A stretch of DNA of 64,000 nt from Candidatus Omnitrophota bacterium (GCA_022711115.1 JAKLFP010000002.1:15674-79673); one strand, 5' to 3'. Counted from the stretch's first letter, positions 29,265 through 42,379 are shown. Numbers and translations: made by a program. The notes: a model not told the origin generated them from the sequence alone.

Positions 29265-31310
29265 TTACCAATCTTTTTCCACAAGCGGCTGATTTTTGTT
29301 AACGGGTGGGCGTCGAAGATTTTGAAGCTCTTTTTCCGATTCTTTGAGAGCATCCAGAAGGTTCAGGGCGTTTTCCTTGCTCATTTGTCCTTGCAGGGGC
29401 TGGCTTTGCCGGGCTTGGCGTTTTTCCTGATCCGGTTTTTCCTCTCCTTGCTGTGCCTGCTTCATTTGTTCCTGTTGCTCCCGCTCCTTTTGTTCCTGCT
29501 CTTTCTGCTGCTGGGACTGTTGTTTCTGATCTTTTTGTTGCTCATTTTGCTGGTCTTGACCTTGCGACGGCTCTTTTTCCTGACCTTGCTGGTCTTGATC
29601 CTTGGACTGCTGCGATGGCTGTTCGTCTTGATTTTGGTTTTCTTGCTGTTGATCTTGACCCTGGCTCTGATCCTGCTTATCCTGCTGGCCCTGTCCCTGG
29701 TTTTCTTTATTCTGCTGATCTTGGCCTTGCTGCTGATTCTGCTTATTCTGCTGGCCCTGTCCCTGGTTTTCTTTATTCTTCTGACCCTGTCCTTGCTGCT
29801 GATCCTGTTTGTTTTGCTGGGAGTTTTGCTGCTGAGGCTGTTTTTTCTGATTTTCCTTTTTTCGTTCCTGGTCTTTTTTCTCAAACTTGCTCTTCTGTTT
29901 TTGAAGGAATTCCAGGTTGTATTTGGCATCTTTGTCCGTGGGTTCTAGTTCGAGGACTTTTTTATAGGACTCGATCGCTTTTTCGAAATTTCCAAGTCTG
30001 TATTGCGTGTTCCCGTAGTTATAAAGAGCTTGCGTTTTCAATTTCGGATCTTGAGTCTTTGCCGCGGAACTTTCCAGGTCCTTTGCGGATTCCTGGTATG
30101 AATTTACTTTATAAAGCGTGGTCCCGAGATTGTAGAGGACTTCCGGGGCATCGGGGTTTTTGACCTGAACTTTGCGGTAAGATTCTAGCGCCGATTGAAA
30201 ACGTTTATTCTCAAAATCGATATTGCCCTTTTTGACGGTATCTTGGGACGTTTCCAGAAAGCCTGAGAAGAGGATAAAAGAGATCAAGCAGGTCAAAAGG
30301 GACGTTCCTCGGCGGTCTCGCCGGCGCAACAGCATTTCAACGGCAAGGAGAATGAAAACGATGACAAGAAATCCTTGGTATTGGTCTTCTTTTTCTACAA
30401 TCATTTTTTCGGCGAATTGCTGCTCGCCCCATCCGCGAATATGTTTGAGAATAAATTCAGTCTCTTTTTCGCCAGGGGTTCCCCGCATATAAATTCCTCC
30501 GGTTTCCTTGGCAATCCGTTCAAGCAAGGGCTGGTTGAGTCTGCTGATAACCATTTGGCCGCTTCGGTCTTTTTTGAAACCAGCCCTCTCCCCTTTCTCG
30601 TTTTTCAAAGGAATAGGCTCACCCTCCGGAGAACCGAGACCGATGGTGTAGATTCTAACGTTGGCCCGTTTGGCTTCCTCAATCGCTTGATCGATCCCGC
30701 CTTCCTGATCTTCTCCATCCGTAAAAAGGATTATGACCTTATATTTGAGCTCCTTTTGCGGAAAGGATTGGATGGCATCATGAATGGACCTGCTCAGTGC
30801 GGTTCCGGGATCCGGAATAAAACCGACTTGCACTGCATCGAGAAACAACAAAAATGCGGCATGATCCAGTGTCAACGGTGTCTGAAGAAAGCCGGAACCG
30901 GCAAAAGTCACCATCCCGACGCGGTCGCCGTGGAGATTTTGCACAAAAGATTCGATCTCAAATTTGGCTTTTCCCAAACGATTCGGCTTAATGTCCTCGG
31001 CAAGCATACTGAGAGAGGTATCGACCATGAAGATCAGGTCAACACCCTTGCGCTGAAGGCTCTTTTTCTCGTCGCCCCATTGGGGCCTCGCAAGCGCCAA
31101 CACCATAAAGAGCACCGCAAGTGTTATCAAAAGGGTGCGGGTCAGCCCTTCCGCGCTCCGGTAACCTTCCATTAATTTCTGCAACAATGCTTTTTCCTGG
31201 ATCAGGCGTTGCAATCTTTTTTGCCATAGCTTTTGGGATGCCATGAAAAGTATTAAAACTGCCGGCACCAGCCACAAATAAAAGAAATACTCCGGTTTAA
31301 AAAATTGCAT
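29265..31310 (-). CDS. batB: BatB-like von Willebrand factor A protein fused to TPR repeats, with a C-terminal Gln-rich low-complexity tail
   Basis: N-terminal TM helix, vWA motif 'DLIFMVDTSLSMLAEDIKPNR...VGMVTFAGSGF', TPR-like 'YNLGTTLYKVNSYQESAKDL...YNYGNTQYRLGNFEKAIESYKKVLELEP', then a ~170-aa poly-Q/N/K tail. Confidence 0.8.
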   Translation of the reverse strand: MQFFKPEYFFYLWLVPAVLILFMASQKLWQKRLQRLIQEKALLQKLMEGYRSAEGLTRTLLITLAVLFMVLALARPQWGDEKKSLQRKGVDLIFMVDTSLSMLAEDIKPNRLGKAKFEIESFVQNLHGDRVGMVTFAGSGFLQTPLTLDHAAFLLFLDAVQVGFIPDPGTALSRSIHDAIQSFPQKELKYKVIILFTDGEDQEGGIDQAIEEAKRANVRIYTIGLGSPEGEPIPLKNEKGERAGFKKDRSGQMVISRLNQPLLERIAKETGGIYMRGTPGEKETEFILKHIRGWGEQQFAEKMIVEKEDQYQGFLVIVFILLAVEMLLRRRDRRGTSLLTCLISFILFSGFLETSQDTVKKGNIDFENKRFQSALESYRKVQVKNPDAPEVLYNLGTTLYKVNSYQESAKDLESSAAKTQDPKLKTQALYNYGNTQYRLGNFEKAIESYKKVLELEPTDKDAKYNLEFLQKQKSKFEKKDQERKKENQKKQPQQQNSQQNKQDQQQGQGQKNKENQGQGQQNKQNQQQGQDQQNKENQGQGQQDKQDQSQGQDQQQENQNQDEQPSQQSKDQDQQGQEKEPSQGQDQQNEQQKDQKQQSQQQKEQEQKEREQQEQMKQAQQGEEKPDQEKRQARQSQPLQGQMSKENALNLLDALKESEKELQNLRRPPVNKNQPLVEKDW
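29671..29803. repeat. Near-identical ~66-bp tandem coding repeat (x2) encoding the poly-Q tail of BatB
   Basis: '...ctgctggccctgtccctggttttctttattct...' occurs twice in tandem at 29671-29737 and 29738-29803. Confidence 0.7.
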
Positions 31311-31486
31311 CAGGGCACCTGACTTTCTATAAAATAAAAAATCGGGAAGTCAGTGTAGCCCTGAGGGTCCATTGGGAAAATAAAGATATCCATCAGGGCA
31401 CCTGACTTTCTATAAAATAAAAAATCGGGAAGTCAGTGTAGCCCTGAGGGTCCATTGGGAAAATAAAGATATCCATCAGGGCACCT
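31308..31486. repeat. Perfect 83-bp tandem direct repeat (2 full copies plus 13 bp of a third) in the batA-batB junction; each unit carries an imperfect stem-loop
   Basis: Unit 'catcagggcacctgactttctataaaataaaaaatcgggaagtcagtgtagccctgagggtccattgggaaaataaagatatc' sits at 31308-31390 and 31391-31473, then 'catcagggcacct' at 31474-31486. Inverted-repeat arms are 'cagggcacctgactt' and 'aagtcagtgtagccctg'. Confidence 0.9.
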
Positions 31487-32456
31487 TCAAAAGAACGGTT
31501 CTTTTCAAGAAAATTTCAAACAGGAACAGGATGAGCGCCGGGATCAAAAAAAACGCAAATAATTCATTGTAGCTGCGGTACTCCTTGACCTTGACCTCGC
31601 TTTTCTCCAGCTTATTGATCTTTTCATAGATTTCTGAAAGAGCTGCCGAATCGCGAGCACGGAAAAAAAGCCCACCGGTGATATCCGCAATACGCTTCAA
31701 AACCGTTTCATCCACATCGACAGTGACCTGCACATACCTTCTTCCGAAAAGCGGGTCATCAACCGGAAAAGGAACCAGCCCGCCTTTTCCAACGCCAATC
31801 GTGTAAGTTTTAATGCCGAAACTTTTAGCGAGTTCCGCCGCCGTAATAGGGTCAATGTTTCCCGCATTATTCTCACCATCCGTAATTAAAATGATGACTT
31901 TGCTTTTGGCATCGCTGTCTCTTAAACGATTCACCGCCGTAGCAATCCCCATGCCAATAGCCGTTCCATCGTCGATCATACCAACCCGGATGTCTTTAAT
32001 GAGCTGGATAAGGATGTTGTAATCCATAGTGAGAGGACATTGCGTGAACGCTTTTTTAGCAAAGACAACAAGCCCGATGCGGTCAGATTCTCTACCTTGA
32101 ATAAATTTGATGGCCTCTTGTTTGGCAACAAAGACACGGTTTTCCGGCTGAAAATCTTCGGCGAGCATGGAGCCTGAGAGATCGAGCGCAATCATAATAT
32201 CCACGCCGTGCGTTTGGACTTCTTTATCGCTGGAGACATTCGCCGGTCTCGCCAATGCGGTAATCAGAAGCAGAAATACCGCGGTTCGCAGGAATGGCAA
32301 CAATCCGAAGAGAAACATGCGCCATGTCACGGGACGGTTTTTGACCAGATCGAAAGAAGAGAATGCCAGCTCAAGTTTCTCGCGTCGCTTGGCCCATACC
32401 AGGAACAATGGAACGAGTAGCAAGAGGAGAAAAAACGCGGGGCTCCTAAACTCCAT
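31476..32456 (-). CDS. batA: BatA-like von Willebrand factor A membrane protein. The ORF track runs to 32627; the likely real start is the internal Met 'MEFRSPAFFLLLLL' at 32456.
   Basis: N-terminal TM helices and vWA motif 'DIMIALDLSGSMLAEDFQPENR...IGLVVFAKKAFTQCPLT'. Starting at 32456 reduces the overlap with the upstream gene to 11 nt. Confidence 0.8.
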   Translation of the reverse strand: MEFRSPAFFLLLLLVPLFLVWAKRREKLELAFSSFDLVKNRPVTWRMFLFGLLPFLRTAVFLLLITALARPANVSSDKEVQTHGVDIMIALDLSGSMLAEDFQPENRVFVAKQEAIKFIQGRESDRIGLVVFAKKAFTQCPLTMDYNILIQLIKDIRVGMIDDGTAIGMGIATAVNRLRDSDAKSKVIILITDGENNAGNIDPITAAELAKSFGIKTYTIGVGKGGLVPFPVDDPLFGRRYVQVTVDVDETVLKRIADITGGLFFRARDSAALSEIYEKINKLEKSEVKVKEYRSYNELFAFFLIPALILFLFEIFLKRTVLLKVP

Positions 32457-33393
32457 GGGAAGCCTCCTCATGGACTGGCTGTGGTACAAGTGCTGATTCC
32501 CTGATGATTTCCTCAGACTTTTTGTTGATTTGAAGGATTTCGGGTGCTGTCGGGATCCATTTGGCGAACTTTGCAAGGTCCGCAGCCTCAAGGACATATT
32601 GGATCTTTTGAAAAAGTGCCGAATCAAGGTGTTGCGGTCTTAAGGCGCGAAGGATTTCGAGGGTGGTTGATTCTACGGCCAGGATCGTATAGCGTCTTTC
32701 GAAATAGGTTTTTAAAATCTCCGAAAGTTTCAAATAATAAATCTTGATAAAACCTCGCTTAAAAAGATCAGACTCAAAAAGTTCATTCAAGCGCATCAAG
32801 GCCTCTTCTTCTGCAGTAAGCGGGGATGCTTCCGTATGAGCTAAAGCCTTCTTTTTTCGGAGTATTTTATAAATCCAAAACCCGATCAGTCCCAAAGCAA
32901 TGACCGCGATTGGGAAAAAGATTTTTTTGAGATGCAAAGGAAGCAACACGACCGATTTGACGTCCCGAATATCCTCCTTGGGGTCCCCCTCCGCAATACT
33001 TTTGACCGTGAGAAAAAGTTTCTCGGTTTGAATCGTCTTGACGGGCTGACCGTCTTTATGGTATTGAATGACGACCGGATCAAGGATGAATTCCCCTAAA
33101 CGGTAGGTTGTGAGTATGAATCTGCGTCCTGTCATCACCTGGCCTTTGTTTTTCGAATGGAGATCTTCGACTTTTTTAATCTCAAGGATGTCCGAGGCCG
33201 GGGCGGGAATGCTGGAATGAATCTGGATGTCAGGAGCATGTTCAATAGTGACGGTGTAGGTAACCGGATCGCCGATCGTCAAAAAAGCCTTGTCAACCTC
33301 CGATTTTACGCGAATATCATCCGCCGTCGCTGAAAAAACGGGCGGGACGGCAAAACAGCACAAAACAAATAAAAGAAAAGAGACTTTTTTCAT
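32446..33393 (-). CDS. DUF4381-like membrane protein of the Bat operon (signal peptide, ectodomain, single TM, cytoplasmic tail)
   Basis: 'MKKVSFLLFVLCCFAVPPVFSA', a TM helix 'IFFPIAVIALGLIGFWIY', and its position between DUF58 and batA. Confidence 0.6.
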   Translation of the reverse strand: MKKVSFLLFVLCCFAVPPVFSATADDIRVKSEVDKAFLTIGDPVTYTVTIEHAPDIQIHSSIPAPASDILEIKKVEDLHSKNKGQVMTGRRFILTTYRLGEFILDPVVIQYHKDGQPVKTIQTEKLFLTVKSIAEGDPKEDIRDVKSVVLLPLHLKKIFFPIAVIALGLIGFWIYKILRKKKALAHTEASPLTAEEEALMRLNELFESDLFKRGFIKIYYLKLSEILKTYFERRYTILAVESTTLEILRALRPQHLDSALFQKIQYVLEAADLAKFAKWIPTAPEILQINKKSEEIIRESALVPQPVHEEASHGV

Positions 33394-34262
33394 TTTCTCT
33401 CGCGGCCTTTGAAAAATTTAAACAGCGGCTCGACATAAGAAACATTCGAAGGGATGTCGATGCTATCGATTTGGAGGCGTTTGAAGAGTTTTTCCAGCGC
33501 CGATTGACGTGCTTCAGCGGCTTTCCGAAACCGTTCCAGGAATTCTGAAGAGCTTGTGTCTACAAGAATTGTTTTCCCGCTTTCCTGATCCATCAGCTCC
33601 ACCAGTCCGACTGAGGGGAAATTCTGTTCCAGAGGGTCCCGGAGATGAATCGCAATGACGTCGTGCTTTTGGCTGAGGATTTTCAGGGCTTTTTCATAAC
33701 CCTCATCCATGAAGTCTGAAATAAAAAAAATCACTGAAGTTCGAGTAAGAACCCGGTAAAGATATTCCATGGCGGCCGCAAGGTGCGTTTTTCTCTTCTG
33801 GGGCTGGTAACCTAGAATCTCACGAATCACGCGAAGGGCGTGGTTCCTCCCCTTTTTGACGGGGATGAATTTTTCGACATCCTCCGTGGCAATGAGAAGC
33901 CCGGTTTTGTCGTTATTTTTAACCGCGGAGAAGGCGAGAATGGCCGTGATCTCGGCTGCAATTTCAGACTTCAGCTTGGTCGAAGATCCAAAATACTGGG
34001 AGCCGGACATATCCACCGCAAAGATGACTGTCAGCTCACGAGTTTCGACGAACTTTTTGACAAAAGCGTGCTGGGATCTTGCCGTCACATTCCAGTCAAT
34101 GGTCCGTATGTCGTCGCCCGGCACATATTCGCGGACGTCGGCGAATTCGATACCCTGGCCTTTGAAAACAGATTCGTATTCCCCTCCGAAGAGATCATTC
34201 ACCAGGCGATTTGTCCGAATTTCGATCTTCCGGACTTTTCTGAGAAGCGCGGCTGGGATCAT
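33390..34262 (-). CDS. DUF58 domain protein (partner of MoxR ATPases)
   Basis: Hallmark 'GQGIEFADVREYVPGDDIRTIDWNVTAR'. There is a 4-nt overlap with the downstream gene. Confidence 0.85.
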   Translation of the reverse strand: MIPAALLRKVRKIEIRTNRLVNDLFGGEYESVFKGQGIEFADVREYVPGDDIRTIDWNVTARSQHAFVKKFVETRELTVIFAVDMSGSQYFGSSTKLKSEIAAEITAILAFSAVKNNDKTGLLIATEDVEKFIPVKKGRNHALRVIREILGYQPQKRKTHLAAAMEYLYRVLTRTSVIFFISDFMDEGYEKALKILSQKHDVIAIHLRDPLEQNFPSVGLVELMDQESGKTILVDTSSSEFLERFRKAAEARQSALEKLFKRLQIDSIDIPSNVSYVEPLFKFFKGRERK

Positions 34263-34268
34263 GGAACT

Positions 34269-35258
34269 TTAGGGAACTTCGACTTGATCAAAGATTTTTT
34301 TGACGACGTCGTCCGAGGTCATATCTTCTGCCTCGGCTTCATAGGTGATCAAGACGCGATGGCGGAGAACATCCATGCCGATTTGTTTGACATCGTCCGG
34401 AGTGACATAGCCGCGGCCTTGGAGAAATGCATGGGCCTTGGATGCCAGGGTCAACATGATGCTCGCGCGCGGCGAGGCCCCGTACGAAATCAAAGGCTTC
34501 AGCTCTTCCAGTTTATAATCCTGGGGATTACGGGTTGCAAAGACAAGATCAAGAATGTAATCTTTGACCTTATCATCAATATAGATCTGGTTCATCAGCT
34601 GACGCAGTTCCATGATTTTATTGAGATTCATGACCGGAGAAACCTTGATCGCTCTTCCGGTGGACATGCGTTCCAGGATTTCTTTCTCCTCTTTTTTATT
34701 AGGGTAAGTGACCACGAGTTTCAGCATAAACCGGTCGACTTGCGCTTCGGGAAGCGGGTAAGTCCCCTCTTGTTCGATCGGGTTTTGAGTGGCGAGCACA
34801 AGAAACGGTACTGGCAAGGGAAATGTTTCATTGCCGATCGTGACCTGTCTTTCCTGCATGGCCTCCAGAAGCGCGCTTTGGACCTTGGAGGGTGCCCGGT
34901 TGATTTCATCAGCAAGGATGATATTTGTGAAAATAGGGCCCTTTTTGGTCGAAAAATTGCCATCTTTGGGGTTATAGACCAAAGTGCCAACCACGTCAGC
35001 AGGCAGAAGATCCGGAGTAAACTGGATTCTCTGAAAATGGGCCTCGATGGCCTGCGAAAGGGTTCTCACGGAAAGGGTTTTCGCGAGTCCCGGGACCCCT
35101 TCGATTAAGATATGGCCATCCGCAAGCAGGGCCATCAAAAGGCGATCGACAAGATATTGTTGCCCGACAATCACTTTTCCGATCTCCCGGGTAAGATCTT
35201 TAAGCGGTGCGCTGGCGTCGCGGATCTTTGCATTGACTTCCTGAATCGAACTGTCCAT
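34269..35258 (-). CDS. moxR: MoxR-family AAA+ ATPase
   Basis: 'ILIEGVPGLAKTLSVRTLSQAIEAHFQRIQFTPDLLPADVVGT' and 'IILADEINRAPSKVQSALLEAMQERQVTI'. Confidence 0.9.
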   Translation of the reverse strand: MDSSIQEVNAKIRDASAPLKDLTREIGKVIVGQQYLVDRLLMALLADGHILIEGVPGLAKTLSVRTLSQAIEAHFQRIQFTPDLLPADVVGTLVYNPKDGNFSTKKGPIFTNIILADEINRAPSKVQSALLEAMQERQVTIGNETFPLPVPFLVLATQNPIEQEGTYPLPEAQVDRFMLKLVVTYPNKKEEKEILERMSTGRAIKVSPVMNLNKIMELRQLMNQIYIDDKVKDYILDLVFATRNPQDYKLEELKPLISYGASPRASIMLTLASKAHAFLQGRGYVTPDDVKQIGMDVLRHRVLITYEAEAEDMTSDDVVKKIFDQVEVP

Positions 35259-35326
35259 AAGAGTCTCCTTATTTGATGGTCAAAAGTCCGCAATGAACGC
35301 GGACAGAATCAAAGCAGTCTTGAATC

Positions 35327-36217
35327 TTAGATGATAATCTTACCCCGGATATATTGCAAGAGCGCCTGTTGCATCCGGTCCAGATCAAAAGCAGAAATAC
35401 CTTGCTGGGAAAATCTGAGAGTGTTTAGTTGCTCAAAAAGCTGTGTCACTTCCCGTACTTCGCCGACAGGAAGACTGCTTCCTTTTAAAATCGCAAGAAT
35501 TTCGGATTCCGTCGCATTTTTTGACATAATATCATAGTATGCGATCACGACATTGCGCAGTTGCGAAGACCACAGGGTCAGTTTTTCTTTCGGCGATGCG
35601 GAAGAAACAGCAGCGATGGTTTCCTGGGCCTTTGCATATAACAGCTGCCGGGGATTCGGGGGTAGGGGCTGCTGGGAAGCTTTGCTCTTTAGACTCGCCA
35701 TCAACAACGCAAGACTGCTGACAAAAATAATAACGAAGATACCCAGGATGCCCCCAATGATCATGTAGCGACTGAACAGGGATGCCTTCACGATTGTGAT
35801 TTTTTGTTCGGGGATAATCACCGTGGTCCAGGTGGCCGCGCCAGAGCGTCGGAAACGAGCTTGGAAGGTTCGGATGACAGCGGCGCCTTCTTCAACGGGT
35901 TGAAACTCATAGGTAATCGTTTGCCTGGAAATATTCCCGGATTCCTGGGAGCGACTTTGTTTGAGTGAAGTCAGATTCAATAAGCCGGGCTCTGGGGATG
36001 ATATTTCATAAGAACCCTCCGACGGCGACCACTCGAAATGAAGTTTGAGAACCACGGGTTTATCAAACGAACTCGTCTCAGACGGCAATTCCATTTTGAG
36101 TTCCGGGATTGCCCACAGAGAGGAAATAAAAAACCCGCAAAAAAAAATCAAGAGAAACGCCACAATCTTTAGTGTTGATTTCATCTTCGAGCTCCTTCCC
36201 TTCCTTACAGAAAGCAA
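35327..36217 (-). CDS. Hypothetical single-pass membrane protein (signal peptide, ectodomain, TM, cytoplasmic domain) upstream of moxR
   Basis: 'MKSTLKIVAFLLIFFCGFFISSLWA' and a TM helix 'MIIGGILGIFVIIFVSSLALLMA'. Its architecture parallels the DUF4381-like protein. Confidence 0.5.
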   Translation of the reverse strand: MLSVRKGRSSKMKSTLKIVAFLLIFFCGFFISSLWAIPELKMELPSETSSFDKPVVLKLHFEWSPSEGSYEISSPEPGLLNLTSLKQSRSQESGNISRQTITYEFQPVEEGAAVIRTFQARFRRSGAATWTTVIIPEQKITIVKASLFSRYMIIGGILGIFVIIFVSSLALLMASLKSKASQQPLPPNPRQLLYAKAQETIAAVSSASPKEKLTLWSSQLRNVVIAYYDIMSKNATESEILAILKGSSLPVGEVREVTQLFEQLNTLRFSQQGISAFDLDRMQQALLQYIRGKIII

Positions 36218-36278
36218 AGAACGGGGAATGCCAAGGTGTTGCTAGCCATTCCCCGTTTTTTCATTTCATGACTATTTT

Positions 36279-38204
<1,926 letters not shown>

Positions 38205-38249
38205 TGGATAGTCTCCTTTTTAAATTATGTTTAACTCGATTCGTATATT

Positions 38250-38272
38250 TATTGTCAATTATCGTGCCATTA
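38250..38272 (-). promoter_or_regulatory. Candidate sigma-54 (-24/-12) promoter upstream of dnaK
   Basis: The minus strand reads 'TGGCACGataaTTGAC', against the consensus TGGCAC-N5-TTGCW. The -24 element and spacing are exact; the -12 element has GA in place of GC. It lies ~45-65 nt upstream of the dnaK ATG. Confidence 0.25.
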
Positions 38273-38403
38273 TTATATTTTTTTATCACCTATAAACCAT
38301 TGAAAACAAACAAGTTAGAAAATCGATTTTTATTTTTTTATTGCAAGGATCTAGGTTGAGTCAAACTGACACGTCGCTGTGTGTCGAAAAAGGCACTCAC
38401 GAA

Positions 38404-39816
<1,413 letters not shown>

Positions 39817-40922
39817 GGATTGGAAGAAGAACCTTGAACGTGGTTCCCTTGCCTTTTTTGCTTGTCACTTCAATCTTTCCACCGTGCTCGGTGATTGCGT
39901 CATAAACCATCATCAGGCCGAGTCCGGCCCCTTCAGCTTTCGTGGTGTAATAAATATCAAAAATCATTGGGATGTCTTTTTCATCAATACCGCATCCGGT
40001 ATCTGTGATGGTGACGATGGCGCAAGACGGTTTGTGTGTGATGGAGACCTTGAGAGCCCCGCCCTCCGGCATGGCTTCCATGGCATTCTTTATCAAGTTC
40101 ATGAATGCGTAGTAAAGGCGTTCGCGATCCAGCAGAAAAACCGGCAGGGCAAGGTCCTTGGAGAATTTCACTTTAATTTTTTGTGCGTCGAGTTGAGGTT
40201 TTAAAAAAGAAACAGCATCAGTGAGAATTTCGTTGAGATCATCGAGGTGGAACCGAAGAGGAGGCTTTCGCGTGGCCTTAAGAAAATTTCGGATGATCCG
40301 GTCAAGACGCCGCGTTTCATCCTGAATGTGATTGAGGGAATTTTCAAGCTCCTGGCGTTTTAAAGTGGGCAAATCCCCGAGTTTTTTTTTCAGGAGCTCG
40401 AGATGAATCGTGATAGCATTCAAAGGGTTGCCAATCTCATGGGCAATTCCTCCCGCTAAACGAATCAAACTTTCCATTCGGGAAAGCATCGCCGCTTCGA
40501 ATTCCTGTTCCGTTCGATGAGTGATGTCCACAAGGAGGAGGAGCGTCGCTTTCTTCCCCCTGTTTTCCTGAGGGATGATCATGACGCGTAGGTGTAATGC
40601 CCTGGGGGAGAGAATCTTGAAATCGTTTACTGTCCTGGAATTTACGAAAAGCAAGTGTCCCTTTAAAAATGCAGCAAGAGTGGAATCATAGACTTGATTC
40701 CAAAGGGGTTGTCTGGATTGTGTCTGAATGCCACCAAGAACGAGGTTTGCCTTACGGTTTGAAAAGAAAGGAATCCCCTTTAAATCCACCAACACAACTC
40801 CTTCGTCAAGGGCTTGACAAACATCTTCGAGCAAAAGATTTTCTTGCGCCGTATCCAGGAGTTTGAGGTAGAGGGACTCCTTTTCGATTTGAGGTAATCG
40901 GGACTTCAGTTTTTTGACAAAA

Positions 40923-41570
40923 TCAAGTTTTTCGCTCATGGTTGTATTTGGTTCCCCTGACTTTTTCAATAAACATTTCAAGAAGTTTAGGATCTTTTAC
41001 TCCCGGGCTTGATTCGACCCCGCTGGCCACATCCACAGCAAAAGGCTGGACTTTTTGAATCGCGTGAAAGACGTTCAGCGGATTCAAACCACCCGCCAAA
41101 AATAATTTGTCATGCACATAGGGGTGATCTTCAATCATGCTCCAGTCAAAAGGAATGCCAGTCCCACCTCTTTCGGAATGCGCATAAGTGTCGAAAAGGA
41201 AAGCGCTGACATTGTATTCATCAATGCGCTTCAGGCTCATGGCATCCTTAACGTGAAAGGTCTTGATAACCTCATAACCCTTATTCATAAAATATTCGCA
41301 ATACAGAGCGGTCTCTTCGCCGTGAAACTGAAGGTGCTTTAGAGCCAGCTTTTGAGCGATAGCTTCCACTTCCTTTTTCGGCTGATTACAAAACACTCCC
41401 ACGAGGTTTTGAAAATCCTTCAGATTTGAAAAGATTTTGGCCGCTTGCTCTGTCGTGATGGCTCGTTTGCTGTTGGGAACGAAAATAAATCCAAGATAAT
41501 CCGCACCAAGGTCAACGGCAAGCCGGGCATTTTCATAATTAGTATTTCCGCAAATTTTAATACGTGTCAT
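40923..41570 (-). CDS. trpF: Phosphoribosylanthranilate isomerase
   Basis: 'MTRIKICGNTNYENARLAVDLGADYLGFIFVPNSKR'. Confidence 0.85.
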   Translation of the reverse strand: MTRIKICGNTNYENARLAVDLGADYLGFIFVPNSKRAITTEQAAKIFSNLKDFQNLVGVFCNQPKKEVEAIAQKLALKHLQFHGEETALYCEYFMNKGYEVIKTFHVKDAMSLKRIDEYNVSAFLFDTYAHSERGGTGIPFDWSMIEDHPYVHDKLFLAGGLNPLNVFHAIQKVQPFAVDVASGVESSPGVKDPKLLEMFIEKVRGTKYNHERKT

Positions 41571-42379
41571 TGGGGCTCGCTCGCAATGGAACTCTCTTTT
41601 TTGCCGAGAAGTCGTTGAAGGGTTTTGGCAATGTCCTTCGATTGGATCAGCGCCGAGCCGATAAGAAATGCGTTAGCGCCTAGACTTTTATAGCGGAGGA
41701 GCTCCTCATGAGTTTTTAGACCACTTTCCACCACGATGGCGATCCCCTTGGGAACATGCGGGATCAATGTTTGCGCACGATCAGGATCCACGGACAAGGT
41801 TTTAAGATCACGATTATTAATGCCAATAATTTTCGCATCGGCATTTAACGCTTTTTTAAGCTCCGCATCAGAATGAACCTCCACCAGAGCGTCCATGCGA
41901 AGCTCCTTTCCGAGCGCGATAAGTTCTTTCAGTTCTTCTTCACTCAAGATCGAAGCGATCAAAAGAAACGCATCCGCTTCGAGAATGGCGGTTTCATAAA
42001 GCTGGTATCGTTCAAAAATGAAGTCTTTGCGAAGCAACGGCAGGTTTGTGACCTGCCGGACGGTTTTTAGATAGCTGGGTCGTCCTTTGAAAAAGTGAGA
42101 TTCCGTAAGTACCGAAATGGCGCAAGCTCCCGCATATTCAAAGAGAGTAGCAATCCGAAGCGGTTGAAAATCTTCCCGCAAGACACCTTCAGAAGGCGAA
42201 GCCTTTTTGAGCTCTGCAATAATATTAAGACCTCGTTGAGAGATCAAAGCAGATCGAAAAGGACGCGGGTTGGGTCGCTCCATTTTTTCCACAATACGCT
42301 GGAGACGCTGAAGCGGCATTCGTTGTTTTAACTCTTCCAGATACTTTTTCTTTTGCAGAAGAATGTCATTCAGAATCAT
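41567..42379 (-). CDS. trpC: Indole-3-glycerol phosphate synthase
   Basis: 'IIAELKKASPSEGVL...' and 'IGINNRDLKTL'. There are 4-nt overlaps on both sides. Confidence 0.85.
   Translation of the reverse strand: MILNDILLQKKKYLEELKQRMPLQRLQRIVEKMERPNPRPFRSALISQRGLNIIAELKKASPSEGVLREDFQPLRIATLFEYAGACAISVLTESHFFKGRPSYLKTVRQVTNLPLLRKDFIFERYQLYETAILEADAFLLIASILSEEELKELIALGKELRMDALVEVHSDAELKKALNADAKIIGINNRDLKTLSVDPDRAQTLIPHVPKGIAIVVESGLKTHEELLRYKSLGANAFLIGSALIQSKDIAKTLQRLLGKKESSIASEPQ

Noticed and set aside
29322-30163. Plus- and minus-strand ORFs (208, 236 and 155 aa) with poly-Leu or poly-Lys/Arg translations in the batB 3' region
   Set aside because: They are alternative-frame readings of the repetitive poly-Gln coding repeat of batB, not independent genes.
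31308-31486. Considered a CRISPR array or REP-type dispersed element for the 83-bp repeat
   Set aside because: There are only two perfect contiguous copies with no spacers and no cas genes. It is called a tandem duplication; dispersal elsewhere in the genome cannot be assessed from this window.
33840-35108. 422-aa plus-strand ORF overlapping DUF58 and moxR, along with similar plus-strand ORFs inside trp, his, alaS and smc genes
   Set aside because: They are antisense to strongly conserved, motif-bearing minus-strand genes, with no recognisable motifs.
38205-38403. Searched the dnaK upstream region for a CIRCE (HrcA) inverted repeat TTAGCACTC-N9-GAGTGCTAA
   Set aside because: Only a partial 'gagtgcc' half-site-like string is present. 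No CIRCE is called.
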